Shown here: positions 12,293 to 24,149 of the stretch, piece after piece | Layout of the letters: each line of letters opens with the position of its first letter | How positions within the stretch are numbered: the stretch's first letter is position 1 | Origin: Adineta vaga | Taxonomy: Eukaryota > Animalia > Rotifera | Assembly: GCA_021613535.1 (NCBI GenBank) | Contig: CP075494.1 | Span: 4,650,001 to 4,714,000, forward strand | Length of the DNA stretch: 64,000 nt | Direction: 5' to 3' | Program-made: the position numbers and the translations under genes | The notes under the pieces: generated by a model | Told to the model about the DNA's origin: nothing | The model's database searches: none | Seen by the model: the letters and a program-made list of their open reading frames with translations, nothing else

Positions 12293-15222
12293 ATGAAAAT
12301 TGTATTATGCGTATTTCTGTTGAATCTGTTTATTTTACAGCAAATCTTAGCAATACCATTAGATGACACAACACAAAGTTCGTTCATAGCATCGAATGAG
12401 ACCGTAGACGTTGATGTTACGACAAATATTGTTGAAAAAACTGATTCTTCTGCCGATACATCATCTAAACCAGATATAGCCAATTCTATAGCTACTACAA
12501 TTGGAACATTAGGAAATGAAAATGGTACTTCTGATCAAGCGACAACAATTACCGTTGATACTTCTGATCAGGTAATAACAAATGAGAATATTACATCTTC
12601 GGATGAAGCAGCAACTACTGAATCGGCTACAATTGATGCAGACATAACAACAGAGGCTAATTCTAACGTAACTGCAGATGCATCGATTGATGTTACAACG
12701 GAAAATGATGAAGATATAGTCACAACCACAGGTATGTAAATGAAGTGGTTTATAAAATAGAGTAATTAACTAACTTTTCTTTCGTATGATTTTAGCAATA
12801 ATCTTCACGGATGGTAAGTTTATTGGTGATTAATTTCTTTATCTATTTCAAATCAGATTTAGGAAATTCAACGGACTTCAATGGTACTGAAGGTAACTAA
12901 TAAAATACTGAAATAATCGTATATATTCATTTATTTGATTGAAAAGACGCCACAACACCAGCACCAACTCCATCAACAACGAAAGGTCCAACTAAACTTC
13001 ATGTTGTTCTGGATTCTGCAACACTCAAAGTACAACGTGGACAATCTTACGAACTTATTTGCAAGGTAGAACTTGCAGATGATAGTACAGTGATCTATTG
13101 GATTCAAGAAGAACCAGAACGAGTACGATTCTTGAATATGTTTCGTTTATTAAATTTTTTTCTATTATTTTAGCGTTATGCTGTCGTTGATTCGAAAGAT
13201 ATTACTGTCTCAGGATCACAAAGAACATTGAGAGTACGTATTACACTTGATGATCCTAGTAAAATTGGTAAATATACATGCATGGCACAAAATGCAAAAG
13301 GAAACAGTGATACAGGTATTCTTACTATGGAAGAGGAAAGTCGTTATTATGAACCACAACCAGTATATCCAGGAGTAGCACCTGCAGGTAAAGTTGTCCG
13401 GAAAGAAAAAAATAAAGAAATTTTACTGGCGGTTTTTTGTAGTATATCCTAGTTTTCAACATTTACGTATTGCTGCACCGGAAATGGCGGAAGGTGATTA
13501 TGTTGAAATTCAATGTGAAGGTGCAGCACCAGACGATGAAGCAAGAATTCAATGGTATTATAATGAACGAGTATGTATTGATAGAAGTGTTATGTCGATT
13601 GTTTTAATCTTAAAAAATTTTACTTTTTTAGCTTGTTGCCGATGAAGCTCCACTTCATCCACGTGGAAAAACGCTTCATATCCGTCCTATTTCAAGACCT
13701 TATTTGGGAAATTATCGCTGCTCAATTCCAGGTGGTAATTATGGAGATGGAAACAGTATTCTCACGTTTAGCAGTAATTACTTCTAATTGTATCGATAAT
13801 ATAAATGACCTAAAATTGTTTTTCTTTAAGATCAACCTTCCTATGTTTCGCAACCTAACTATGATTCACAACCTCCCTATGCTCCACAACCTAACTATGA
13901 TCCACAGCCTAACTATGATCCACAACCTCCCTATGTTCCACAACCTGCCTATGATGTACAACCTAATTATAATGTACAACCTAGTAGCGATGTTCAACCA
14001 GTTTTCAATCCATCAAGTCCATTATCTATTGATGAAGGTGCAAGTCAAATAATTCAAGCTCCATCTGATTATGATCGTGTTTACTGGTCACGTAGTGATG
14101 GTCAAGGACTTCCATCAGATATTTATCAGATTAGCAATGATTTACAAATCTCAAATGCACGTGCTGAACATTCGGGAACGTATCTTTGTCAATTATATAA
14201 ACAGGATGGTACACATAAACAGATTATATATGAAATTCAGGTACGACGTAGTCATACACCTCAAACACAGACTGGTAAGTGAAAAATAAATAAAACTTTC
14301 AAATTTTATTTTTTTCTTCTTCTTTTTTTCTAGGTGGACTACCCAAAATATTAATTCGACCGGAATCAATTGATTTGAAAGAAGGTCAACGTATGATTGT
14401 TCGATATACCGTTGTTGTATGTAGAAGAGAAATAAAAAAATAACTTTATCTATCTATTTATTTTTAGTCAAGTGATGCAATTGACATTGAGTGGCATAAA
14501 TATACTGCTCAAGGTTATCAACCACTTCCAGCAGGATTTACAACTGAACGAGATCGTCTTATTCTTAATCGTGCTACACCTGATTCAGCTGGTATCTATC
14601 AGGTTACTGTTCGTAATTCACATGGCGCAGTTCGACAAGAATTACGTGTTAATGTTGAACCACGACGTCAGCAACACGCAGGAGATCATCAACACCACCA
14701 CCAACAGCACCACGATCAACAGCAACATCATCAACAACACCATGATCAACAACACCATGATCAACAACACCATGATCAACAACACCATGATCAACAACAC
14801 CATGATCAACAACAACAACAACAACAACAACCACAGCAACAACAATATATTGAAGTCAGTGCTCAACCAGCCGAAGTTAGCATTGCACCTGGTGAAAAAG
14901 CAACTGTGACATGTCATGTTAAAGGCGCTGAACAATTTCAAGTAAAATGGGGTAAATATGCACATGATACAAGTCTTCCCAATTATGCATATGTATGTAT
15001 TCAAAATTGAAATTAATTGGAAGTCTAATTTGTTTGTGGTTTTGTTTTTCTAAATAGCAACAAGGAAATGATGTTATAATTAGTCCACCTGCTGATACGC
15101 CTGCTGAACAAATGTTCTTACAATGTCAAGTTGATGTAACAGGCCAACCTCAACCATATCATGCTTATGCACCAGTTACTATTCGTGGTGCAAAAAGAAA
15201 AAGAAGAAATGCTCGTCAATAG
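12293..15222 (+). CDS. Secreted multi-immunoglobulin-domain protein with N-terminal Thr/Asp-rich mucin-like region and low-complexity repeats; many exons
   Basis: Signal peptide. About 5 Ig-like segments (LICKV..IYW..GKYTCMAQN; IQCEG..IQWYY..GNYRC; YWSRSDG..HSGTYLC; IEWHK..SAGIYQVTVRN; ATVTCHV..VKWGK..LQCQV). Ends ...GAKRKRRNARQ* at 15222. Confidence 0.8.
13833..14000 (+). repeat. 18-bp coding tandem repeat encoding QPxY(D/V/A/N)x hexapeptides (~9 copies)
   Basis: CAACCTnnnTATGATCCA-like units: QPSYVS QPNYDS QPPYAP QPNYDP QPNYDP QPPYVP QPAYDV QPNYNV QPSSDV. Confidence 0.9.
14684..14845 (+). repeat. 15-bp coding repeat (CATGATCAACAACAC)n encoding HDQQH units, followed by poly-Q
   Basis: About 5 near-perfect copies plus degenerate ones, lying in frame between two Ig domains. 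Confidence 0.9.
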
Positions 15223-15905
15223 ATATTAGGTACTTATGTGAAATGTCAATGATCATTTATTAAGACAAAAACAATATAGCGTCTATGTCTACTTCTAATT
15301 TTATTTAGTAGTTTTTTATTGATCTCTTTCTTTTTATTTGTGTTTACCTTTCCCCCTATATTGTCTCATTCTTCTGTTTACTCATTGCTCAATAGTGTTT
15401 TTTTTTCTTTCCCATTTGCAGCCACTATTATTATCATTACTGTTGAGAGTTCTATTTGTGAATGGGATATGAATGACTTATCTATCTTTCAGTCATATCT
15501 TGAAAATGGTTTTATTATTATTATTATTAATTAATTAATTCGTGTTGATCAAGTAATACTAACTGGTTATTTAATTGATGCAAATTGATCTTAGAAAATT
15601 AGGAGAATAATTTAGAAGCTAGCTAGCTACTCATATAGGAGAGGGTGTGGGTGAGTAAGGCTGATGAGAGCGAAGGCAACAATGAGAGTGTTACGAAGGA
15701 TTTTCAAATAGGATAGTTCATTTTAAAAAACTTGAACTGAAACTTTGTGTTTCAATTGAATTCAAATTTAACACCACTGATGATTTTAGTACATGTTACA
15801 AAAATACCTTTCGAACGGCGCCATCTGTATAGATCAAACATTGATTGAATAGAGATAATCATCCAGTGATGATCTGCATAGATAACATTGTTAAAAGATC
15901 GAAAT

Positions 15906-17242
15906 ATGTGTGACGTTGAAGAAAACATCGTATCTGGCCAGTGTAAAACTTCGTGGGAATGTATTCGTCAAATATTTCGTCAGAATTTTATTGAACAACT
16001 TGACGTTGGTGCCACTCTTTGTATTTATTATAAAGGTCAATGTGTTGTTGATTTAGCTGGTGGATGGTTTGATAATGAGACTCATAAAAAACCGTATACA
16101 CATGATACATTACAAATTGTTTATTCAACAGGAAAAGGTATCATAGCCACTGCTCTAGCTTTATGTGTTCAACGAGGATGGTTAGATTACGATGAACGAG
16201 TAGCAACATATTGGCCAGAATTTGGACAAAATGGTAAACAAAATATAAAAGTCAAAGATTTATTGTCACATCGAGCGGGATTGCCGGTTGTAGATGATGA
16301 AGATCACATCTTAAAGTTGGAAGATATTTTAGACGGTAACAGTAAAAAGACTTTTACTCATCATCACAAGCGATTTCTTTTAGATCCGACAAAAATCGTA
16401 CAACTTCTTGTCAAGCAAAAACCCTATTGGGAACCTGATGTTGGTGGTCATGGCTATCATGCGTTGACTTTTCCTTATTTAACAAATGAATTAATTCGTC
16501 GAATTGATAATTTAAAACATCGTTCAATGGGACAATTTATTGAAGAAGAGCTTGCTTCAATCTTAGATGGTTGTGAATATTTTCCTGTCAATCGTTTATC
16601 GGAAGAATATTCAAGTCGAGTATCAACCAGTATTTTACCTCGAGTTGAAACAAAATCAACTGAAAATCAGTCAGCAACAGAGTATTACATATTGATCTTA
16701 TTGTATACGAATTAAAAGTTTCTTTTTCTATTAGTCAATTACAAAACCGAGCATTTACAATCAATGGTCTCGTTTCATCATTACCATGTAATGATAAAGA
16801 CAAGCATTTATCTCTGGTTAATATTTTAACAAATGCACGATCATTAGCACGACTTTATGCTTCATTAATATTCACGGAAAACTTTGTAACAGCTGATACT
16901 CTAGTAAAAGTAATCCAAAATAATACACCTGAAAATGAGCCTGATCAAATTCTTGATCGTATACCTACAAAGTTCAGTCAAGGTGGTTTTATGTTAGATG
17001 GAACAGTCGTGAACGATTTTGGTAAAGCTTTTGGACATTGGGGTACGATAATTCATTCATTTTCTATGACAAAAATAAAGTTTTCTTCTCTAACGATAGG
17101 TTTAGGTGGAAGTATTGCATTTGCTTGTCCAGATAAACAACTATCATTCGCCTATGTACCCAATAAATTAGATTTTGATATGAGCAAAACAAATTTACGT
17201 ATTCAACGAATTTTTCATGCTATTCGCACATTAATCGATTAA
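15906..17242 (+). CDS. Beta-lactamase-fold serine hydrolase (family VIII esterase/class C-like), spliced
   Basis: SxxK motif (YSTGK), VATYWPEFGQNGK, LLSHRAGL, GYHALT, FGHW|GLGGS..FA.PDKQLSFAYVPN. Introns include 16336-16383. Confidence 0.88.
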
Positions 17243-17323
17243 TAAAAAAATCACTATTTTTTGCACGCTCTTATTATTCTTTTCTCACTTTCTGACGAAA
17301 GTTTTATTGATTGAAAGAAACAA

Positions 17324-18497
17324 TTACTTTTTCGTACCTACACGATTTTTATCGGTTACAACATCTTGAAAACCAACATTGACTAATTTCGTTCTATTCC
17401 ACATATAAGCAAAACGTTCTCGTTGAACTTTGACTAATTCAGGAATTTCCTTATTATTTTCAACATGTATATACTTCTCTTTCGCTCGATCATACAGATC
17501 TTTTCCTTCACGATATCGTTCAAGAATATGTTTCTGTGTTTGAAAGTAAGGACTATTTAATTCTGAATGAGAATATGAATTCATTTTACTGCGTGTTAAA
17601 TTGATTCGATTGAAACACCATGAGCAATGATAGCAAGAGCTTGGCATACGTTGGAAATTAAATCGTTCATCACGTAAAAGTTTGCCTGGAAGTGATATTG
17701 TTCCATTCGTACGATTTCTACTTAAGAAAGTAACTGTTGCTCCTTCGGTAGTACCACCTTGACGTCGAAATTCGAAAGAATAATAATAATAAGCACAGAT
17801 GAGTACCAATGGTTGGAAGGGATTTGGTAATTCGCATGAAGTTAGAACATTTAAAAAATGAGCTGCAGGTATTTCATCGACATCCGATGTAAGAAGAATG
17901 ATATCTCTAGAATAAGAGACTTCGTTTGTTTCTTTTATATTTCTTTGTCTTTTTTACTTACTCTGTGAGATTTTGAAGTGCTAAACGAAGACCATCATCT
18001 CTCATTGTAATTTCATTGGCCCACTGAGATTTTGGATATTCATCCAACTCAACTTCAAATCGTCGCATTTTTTTGTGATATTTTTCAAATTTTTGCCAAT
18101 TTTCTTTAAGATGCAACGTTTTAGTTTCACCGGATAATGTTACTTCACTTTCAACAATAAGAAATAGAGCTACATAGTTGTACAATTCATACAGACGTAT
18201 TTCAAGTAGATCCAATTCATCATTAAATAGAAAAAAGTCATAAATTGGAGGAGTAACAACACTGGAATTTGGACGACGAAGTCGTTTAAAATCAAGTCGT
18301 CTACAATCTCTGTCTGTCAATGATGGTGTGGGTATGGGTGTTGATTGAACTACCTTTATTGTAGTTTTCTGCGCTGATGTTATAACAAAAACAGGATACG
18401 ATGTTGATGATTTATTAGAAATCGATGCAAAAATAATCAAAAACAATACCAAAAGGATCAGCAATAATACCAATAAAATACGAAGAATTTTATTCAT
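17324..18497 (-). CDS. Glycosyltransferase family 17 (beta-1,4-N-acetylglucosaminyltransferase/MGAT3-like), type II membrane protein; 2 exons
   Basis: N-terminal TM. IYDFFLFNDELDLLEIRLYEL...VESEVTLSG.K.LHL; DIILLTSDVDEIP (DxD); CYHCSWCF. Confidence 0.85.
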
Positions 18498-18852
18498 CAA
18501 ATAAACTAGTGATGACAATTGTTGTTGTAAACAACACTTGGTTACTTTAACAAACGAGAAAAAAAACGTGACAGAAAGAAGAAAATTACGAATTTACTTT
18601 CCCTACATTACAATGTCATATGTGTTGATGGCAAATGATTTTAAAAGCTTAAGAATTGTATTTATGGCAACATTCGTTCTCTGTTCGAGGCATGTTTTAC
18701 ATCAAGCGACCAACAACGAACGCCATCTATCAGCGTTAATTTTTATACATAGTAAAAACAGTTCTCGATATTTTAGCCAATCGATGATTGTATGAATACA
18801 ACTTACTAAACTAAACTAACTTTTAGTTGAATTAAATTTTCAGATAAATGAA

Positions 18853-20274
18853 ATGGTCAAGAAATTTCGTTGTGGTCGATTATTATTAACAAGAGATGGT
18901 CGAGTAAAAAAACTCGATTTAGAAAGTGGTGGTGGTACACGAACATGTGATTGGACTGATGATTATATGACACTTGATGATGTTCATAATCAACTTCTTA
19001 CTGTTTTCTCTTTGGGTAAAATTAAAATACTATCGATCGTTGATTGTTTCTTTTTCTTCTTTCGTAGTAAATAAGAAACAACAAACCTCATTGTATGATT
19101 TTCAACATCAATCAATTGATCTTAAACAATTCAAAACATTTACTGATTATATAAATAAATATGGATTGAATAGAAACAGTACAGTTATTTATCTATGTAC
19201 ATCTGAAATAGATAATGATACTGCAAGAAGAATTCAAACTGTAGACAACAATAATTTACTTCCTATTGTAAAGAATGAACGTGAAGATATTCCATTAATC
19301 GAATCCAAACCATTATCTACTAGTGTAGAATATTCATTTATTGATGCAAGTAATGAACTGATGAAGAATATTCGCGAATTGATCAATCAAAATCCTACTG
19401 ATAAAGTGTTGATTAGATTATTTGAAAAGCTTTGTTTAATTAATGGCTATGTATTTTCAATCATTGTTCCATTGCAACAACAACAACAACAGCAACAACA
19501 ATCAAATGAAACTGAAATTAGACTTTACTTGAATAATTTAAATCATATTTATGACATATTTGAATCGACAAAGTCATTACTTCGTAATAATAATGATCGT
19601 TTTCGTCCTACGAAATTATTTTCCACGATTCGAAGTTCATTTTTTAAATTTCATAATAATGTCAAGGTAGATCTTTTATTTTTAGAAAGTTTTTGTTGAA
19701 ATTCTTTTTTTTCTTCAGATTGTTCGTAACCGAGCAGCACAAACCAACTCTTCTCCATCATATAGGTCAAATATTGCACCGTCACGTGAAACCAATCAAG
19801 ATAATAATTCCATGGAATCATCTATTTCTGAACATCCCGAACCAGTCGATCAAAAAATAAATGAAAAAACTCGATTATTTCGACCGGTAAGTTGAAGTCT
19901 TCTTTTGTCAAATTAGTTTTTGCGTTCTCACATTTTAGGTCATGGATCGCTTACACGCTATATCACGTCGAATATCAAACAACGAACGTTTACTATCCCT
20001 TTATCAATGCGTTCGTAGTTCTATAATTAGAACTAAAAAAATACAATTAGAGATCAATCTATCTGATGAATCATCCATGTGCGATGGAAAGAAAGTATTG
20101 TTGTCTGTGAAATCTCAATTCAGTTTCAAATATCGTGAAGCATACATAAATCCATCAAAATTTTCATCTGATCAAATTCTTATTGATTCATGCGATAATA
20201 TATTGAAACAATTGAGAATATTAATATCATCAATCGATCGTTCTCGAAGAAACATATCTCAAGAAATAACTTGA
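18853..20274 (+). CDS. Uncharacterised multi-exon protein with putative N-terminal ubiquitin-like domain and a poly-Q tract
   Basis: Four exons joined by GT-AG introns. N-terminal GGGTR...LYDFQ...IYLCT pattern. Confidence 0.6.
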
Positions 20275-20568
20275 ATTATGTTCTTGTAATTTATATTTAT
20301 ATTTTTTGTTTGTTGGTTTGTTTGTTATTTCAAGCATCTTTTCGATGTAGTTGGATTTAGTTTGGAAAATAAAGACGAGCAGATTTAACTTTGCGAAAAG
20401 GTTTTGTGATATAAAAGTTTTGCTTCGTCTAAAAGTAGTTAAACGTGATCAGCGTCGTTTAATTTTATTTTGACATGAAAATAGAATTCTTCCTTATGTG
20501 ATTCGATTCAAACTATATTACATACTAGTAGACAACTACAAAACAGTTATATCCATGAAGAAGAAAAA

Positions 20569-20941
20569 ATGATGATTTCACTTCATACATTACCGGTTGA
20601 ATTTGTCTATCGAATTTTGGATTTTCAAAATGATTTAACAATTATTTATGCTATGCAAAATGTGTGTCAACGATTGAATCAAATTTTCGATGGTTATGTC
20701 CGATATCAAGTAATTTGTTTTACGACACTCTCAAGAATGAGAATAATATATCTGTTTTCATTGCTTTCTGTATGTAGCCACTTCATATTCATCATCTGTT
20801 GGTATTTGTTTTCCTATTCATGAGCTTCTTTATGCGTATTTGTACTTACATGTATAGATACTCAAGACATTAAATCTTCAACACGCTCGAATCAAAATGA
20901 TATCATCACAACGACAAAAGATCGAATCGCCAGTGATATGA
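20569..20941 (+). pseudogene. Truncated F-box-like + LRR gene
   Basis: SLHTLPVEFVYRILD...QNVCQRLNQI..YVRYQ|ILKTLNL, then an early stop at ~20941 after less than one LRR. Confidence 0.55.
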
Positions 20942-21515
20942 ATATCTCATTTTTTGAGAAGAATGATTTATAAAATGTCAGTTTCTACTGTATTCCAAAG
21001 AGTAGTACATTGAAATATTTTAAATTAATGAATGAGGGTGAATATCGATGTCAGTGTAAACTTAATAGGACATTTATACGTTCGGCGCTTACATCTATCT
21101 TCTCTGTATACTTTCATTTATAAAATTTACATCGGTGATGTTTATCTGTATGTTATTTTTGTAAACTTTAGCTTGGGTTTTTTCCAACTTTTCTATCTTG
21201 ATTGACAGTTTTTGTGACTGACAATCAACATTTAATAGAAAAACAACGAAATCAACACAGCTCTCTGCCTTTTCTCACTTACTTGTATAGAGAAAAACCC
21301 GCTGAATTATATTCTGGCTATATAGTATATAGCGTTGTGTGTACGCTCGAGCAATTAAAAAAGGTTTTTCTCGAAGGAAGTAACAAAAATAACATCATTT
21401 GTATTCTTTACTATACGCAGACGCAAGGACGTTGTTATATAGCCTTTTTCTTTTTTGTAAAAAAATAAAATACTCTCATTGTTGTAATTTATTTATCTTA
21501 TTGACAAAACAAAGT

Positions 21516-22772
21516 ATGAGTGCTGGAGAGAATAGTAATAATGACGATGTCGCAGGTCCAATACCAATACGTATACATACTGCGAATCCACTTCTTTATA
21601 CACTACCACAAGATCATATGACTATTCAACCGTATTGGATCATGATTGTACAGTTGATAATAAAAAACATCATTTTTCAAAGGTTTTGGAATAGATTTCG
21701 TTATGGGACATGGTCTACTACACAAGAAATTGCAGTAGGACATTTCATAATTAGAAAACAAATTGAGCAACTTACGAAAATATTTAACTTTGCCGGAAAT
21801 TGGAAACCTGTATTGGTAAGGGGACGGGCTATAAATCCTCAGTCATTGGCACCTCGTAAGAATACTAGACTGAAGTTTTTGAAAGATAGAATATACAATG
21901 TTAAGCCACCCATGATACATCATGTTTTGACTACTAATTCTTTATGGCATCATATGATCAAGGTCGAAGAAATATCTTTATTAGAACTTCAAAAAGCACA
22001 AATGGAACTCGATAAATATTATCGTAAATTAAAGTTTGATTTTTTTGATTTTGCCATTCATTCCTTACCATTATTGGGACATACAATTTGGTATTTCTAC
22101 ATACAATCATCGTGTATGAATGCCGAACGAGCCACTCCATGGAACTGTTACAATGCATTTGGTTATCGACTGTTTAACTATGTATTTGCACCTTATTGTG
22201 CTTTCTTCTGGCTCGTAGTTACTAAAATCTATGTTCATCATATTACACGAGTAGAAGAAAAATCTCAGATTATAGTGCCCTCAAAAGAGTCCAACATTGT
22301 AAAGATTGTATGGAATAAAATAGAATATCATATTGGTCTATGGTCATCACTTCTTACAGTTGTTGTTGTCGGTGCTCCTCTTGTTCCATATCTTTACACA
22401 AATGTTATTCCAATGGCTGGTGCTTATGCATTTATGGGGATCATTTATATACTCTTCTGGATGTGTGGATTAGTTTTCTGTGTAATTGTTTCATACATTC
22501 CGGGCGTTGGTCGATTAATACTTGGCATAATTAAATCTCTTCCTAGAGATGATCATCCGATAGCAGCTGTTTTCCTAATGTTTCCATTTACTCTTCTTAC
22601 TTTGCCAATATTACTATCAGTTTTCTTTAATTATTCTCAATATCTATACTATGGCAATGATTACTTTACTACTATGAGAGATGAATTTGACTCTCGTGAT
22701 ACACAAACTTATTTCAAAATATTACAAGCATCTGTCAATGAACGATTACATACTTCGTTGGATTTTATTTAG
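21516..22772 (+). CDS. Uncharacterised multi-pass membrane protein, intronless (~418 aa)
   Basis: Long ORF with ~5-6 hydrophobic segments in the C-terminal half. First in-frame ATG at 21516. Confidence 0.75.
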   Translation: MSAGENSNNDDVAGPIPIRIHTANPLLYTLPQDHMTIQPYWIMIVQLIIKNIIFQRFWNRFRYGTWSTTQEIAVGHFIIRKQIEQLTKIFNFAGNWKPVLVRGRAINPQSLAPRKNTRLKFLKDRIYNVKPPMIHHVLTTNSLWHHMIKVEEISLLELQKAQMELDKYYRKLKFDFFDFAIHSLPLLGHTIWYFYIQSSCMNAERATPWNCYNAFGYRLFNYVFAPYCAFFWLVVTKIYVHHITRVEEKSQIIVPSKESNIVKIVWNKIEYHIGLWSSLLTVVVVGAPLVPYLYTNVIPMAGAYAFMGIIYILFWMCGLVFCVIVSYIPGVGRLILGIIKSLPRDDHPIAAVFLMFPFTLLTLPILLSVFFNYSQYLYYGNDYFTTMRDEFDSRDTQTYFKILQASVNERLHTSLDFI

Positions 22773-23047
22773 ACGATTCTTTTCACAAATATATTCTATA
22801 AACTTTGTATGACTTTAGAAACAAGATTTTTCACTAACAACTTCATTTACACATAAATAAACTCTAACAAATTTCGATCTAAAGGGTTTTATCAGATAGT
22901 TTAAACATTATCTTGAGGATGCGGGCGTGTAAGTGTGAATCAGAATATACTGTAGATTGCATACCTATACGTCGTCAAAAAAATATATTTTGTCTTTTCA
23001 GTAGAGTAGAGTAATTCAAAGAACGATATAATCAATGAAATTTCACA

Positions 23048-23494
23048 TCAATTTATTGCAGTTAAACACTGTATCCATGGCCATTTAATTTGTAAAAGTC
23101 CACCATTGACATTCTTCCACATCCAATGTTGATTATTTTTACCTGTACATGGTGCTAATTCAACTGATGCTTTAAATACATTTCTTTTATAGACACCGAG
23201 ACATTTCCCTATGAGATCTGTAATTTCACCACTCTGAGGATCCAATGACCATACTTGATAGAAATTCAAACCGACTGCACATGGTGTGATTGAGATGGAT
23301 CTTGATCCATTTCTTTCATTAGTAAGACACAAATCACTATGTAACGGACGAATGGTATGGTCGTCTGGAATATATTGCCATTGTTGACCTGCAACTAAGC
23401 GATGTTCTTGACAAAATTGAACGGTAACATTTGGAATAGCGTATAAATTGGTCGAAAACAAACCGATCAGAAGGAAGATAACGATACTCCTCAT
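23048..23494 (-). CDS. Secreted ricin-B (beta-trefoil) lectin
   Basis: Signal peptide. Three QxW motifs (QQW, QVW, QHW) with paired Cys (CL...PC). Confidence 0.85.
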   Translation of the reverse strand: MRSIVIFLLIGLFSTNLYAIPNVTVQFCQEHRLVAGQQWQYIPDDHTIRPLHSDLCLTNERNGSRSISITPCAVGLNFYQVWSLDPQSGEITDLIGKCLGVYKRNVFKASVELAPCTGKNNQHWMWKNVNGGLLQIKWPWIQCLTAIN

Positions 23495-24149
23495 ATTTCT
23501 TTAATGCAATGTAATAATTATTTTGCTGAAATAATATTTATAGTGACAAGAACAAAGATCTGTTATCTACAAAGCACTTATTCGTTCTTTTCTGCCGATA
23601 AAATTTTTTCGTTGCCAAAAAAAAGCTGTTTGAATCACCTTGAGGGTGAGAGTGAGGGTATATTGTAGATCACACACTCGCAGCCTCCTTGTTTTCTTTC
23701 TATGTAAACTGACATTCTCATCGATCTTGGAGAGATTTTGTAGAATTCTTCGTTGGTTACAACGTTCGATAAAGAGATGCTGCTCTCTCCAAACTCAAAT
23801 AATGACAGCACAAGCTAAAAAAGAATTGCTACCTGCTATAATTTTCTTTCAATCGATTGTAAACATCCTAACAACAACGGAAGAAGAAAAGAAAAAAATC
23901 AGCGGTATGATTATGTTTTAGTAAATAATATTCTCAAACATACAGTTTGAAAAAAGAAATATTCACTATTTAAACGACTCGAAAACAAAAAATATGTCAG
24001 TTGTTTTGAATTTTCCAAGTCATATTGATACTGAAGAGATTGAACGAGAAATACAAAGATGAACTAGCTCTTGTTTGCAGAAGGACCTTTGAACATAATA
24101 CACTTTTGATAATGCGTCTGTCTCATACTTTTCTGTTTTGTTCTTGTAG

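Noticed and set aside
13833-14845. Short periodic repeats as a possible CRISPR-like array
   Set aside because: Head-to-tail coding repeats with no unique spacers and no cas genes, in a eukaryotic context.
14642-15004. Minus-strand ORFs with poly-L/V (LLIMV, DHGVV repeats) and the plus-strand INNTM ORF
   Set aside because: These are alternative-frame readings of the HDQQH repeat in the Ig gene.
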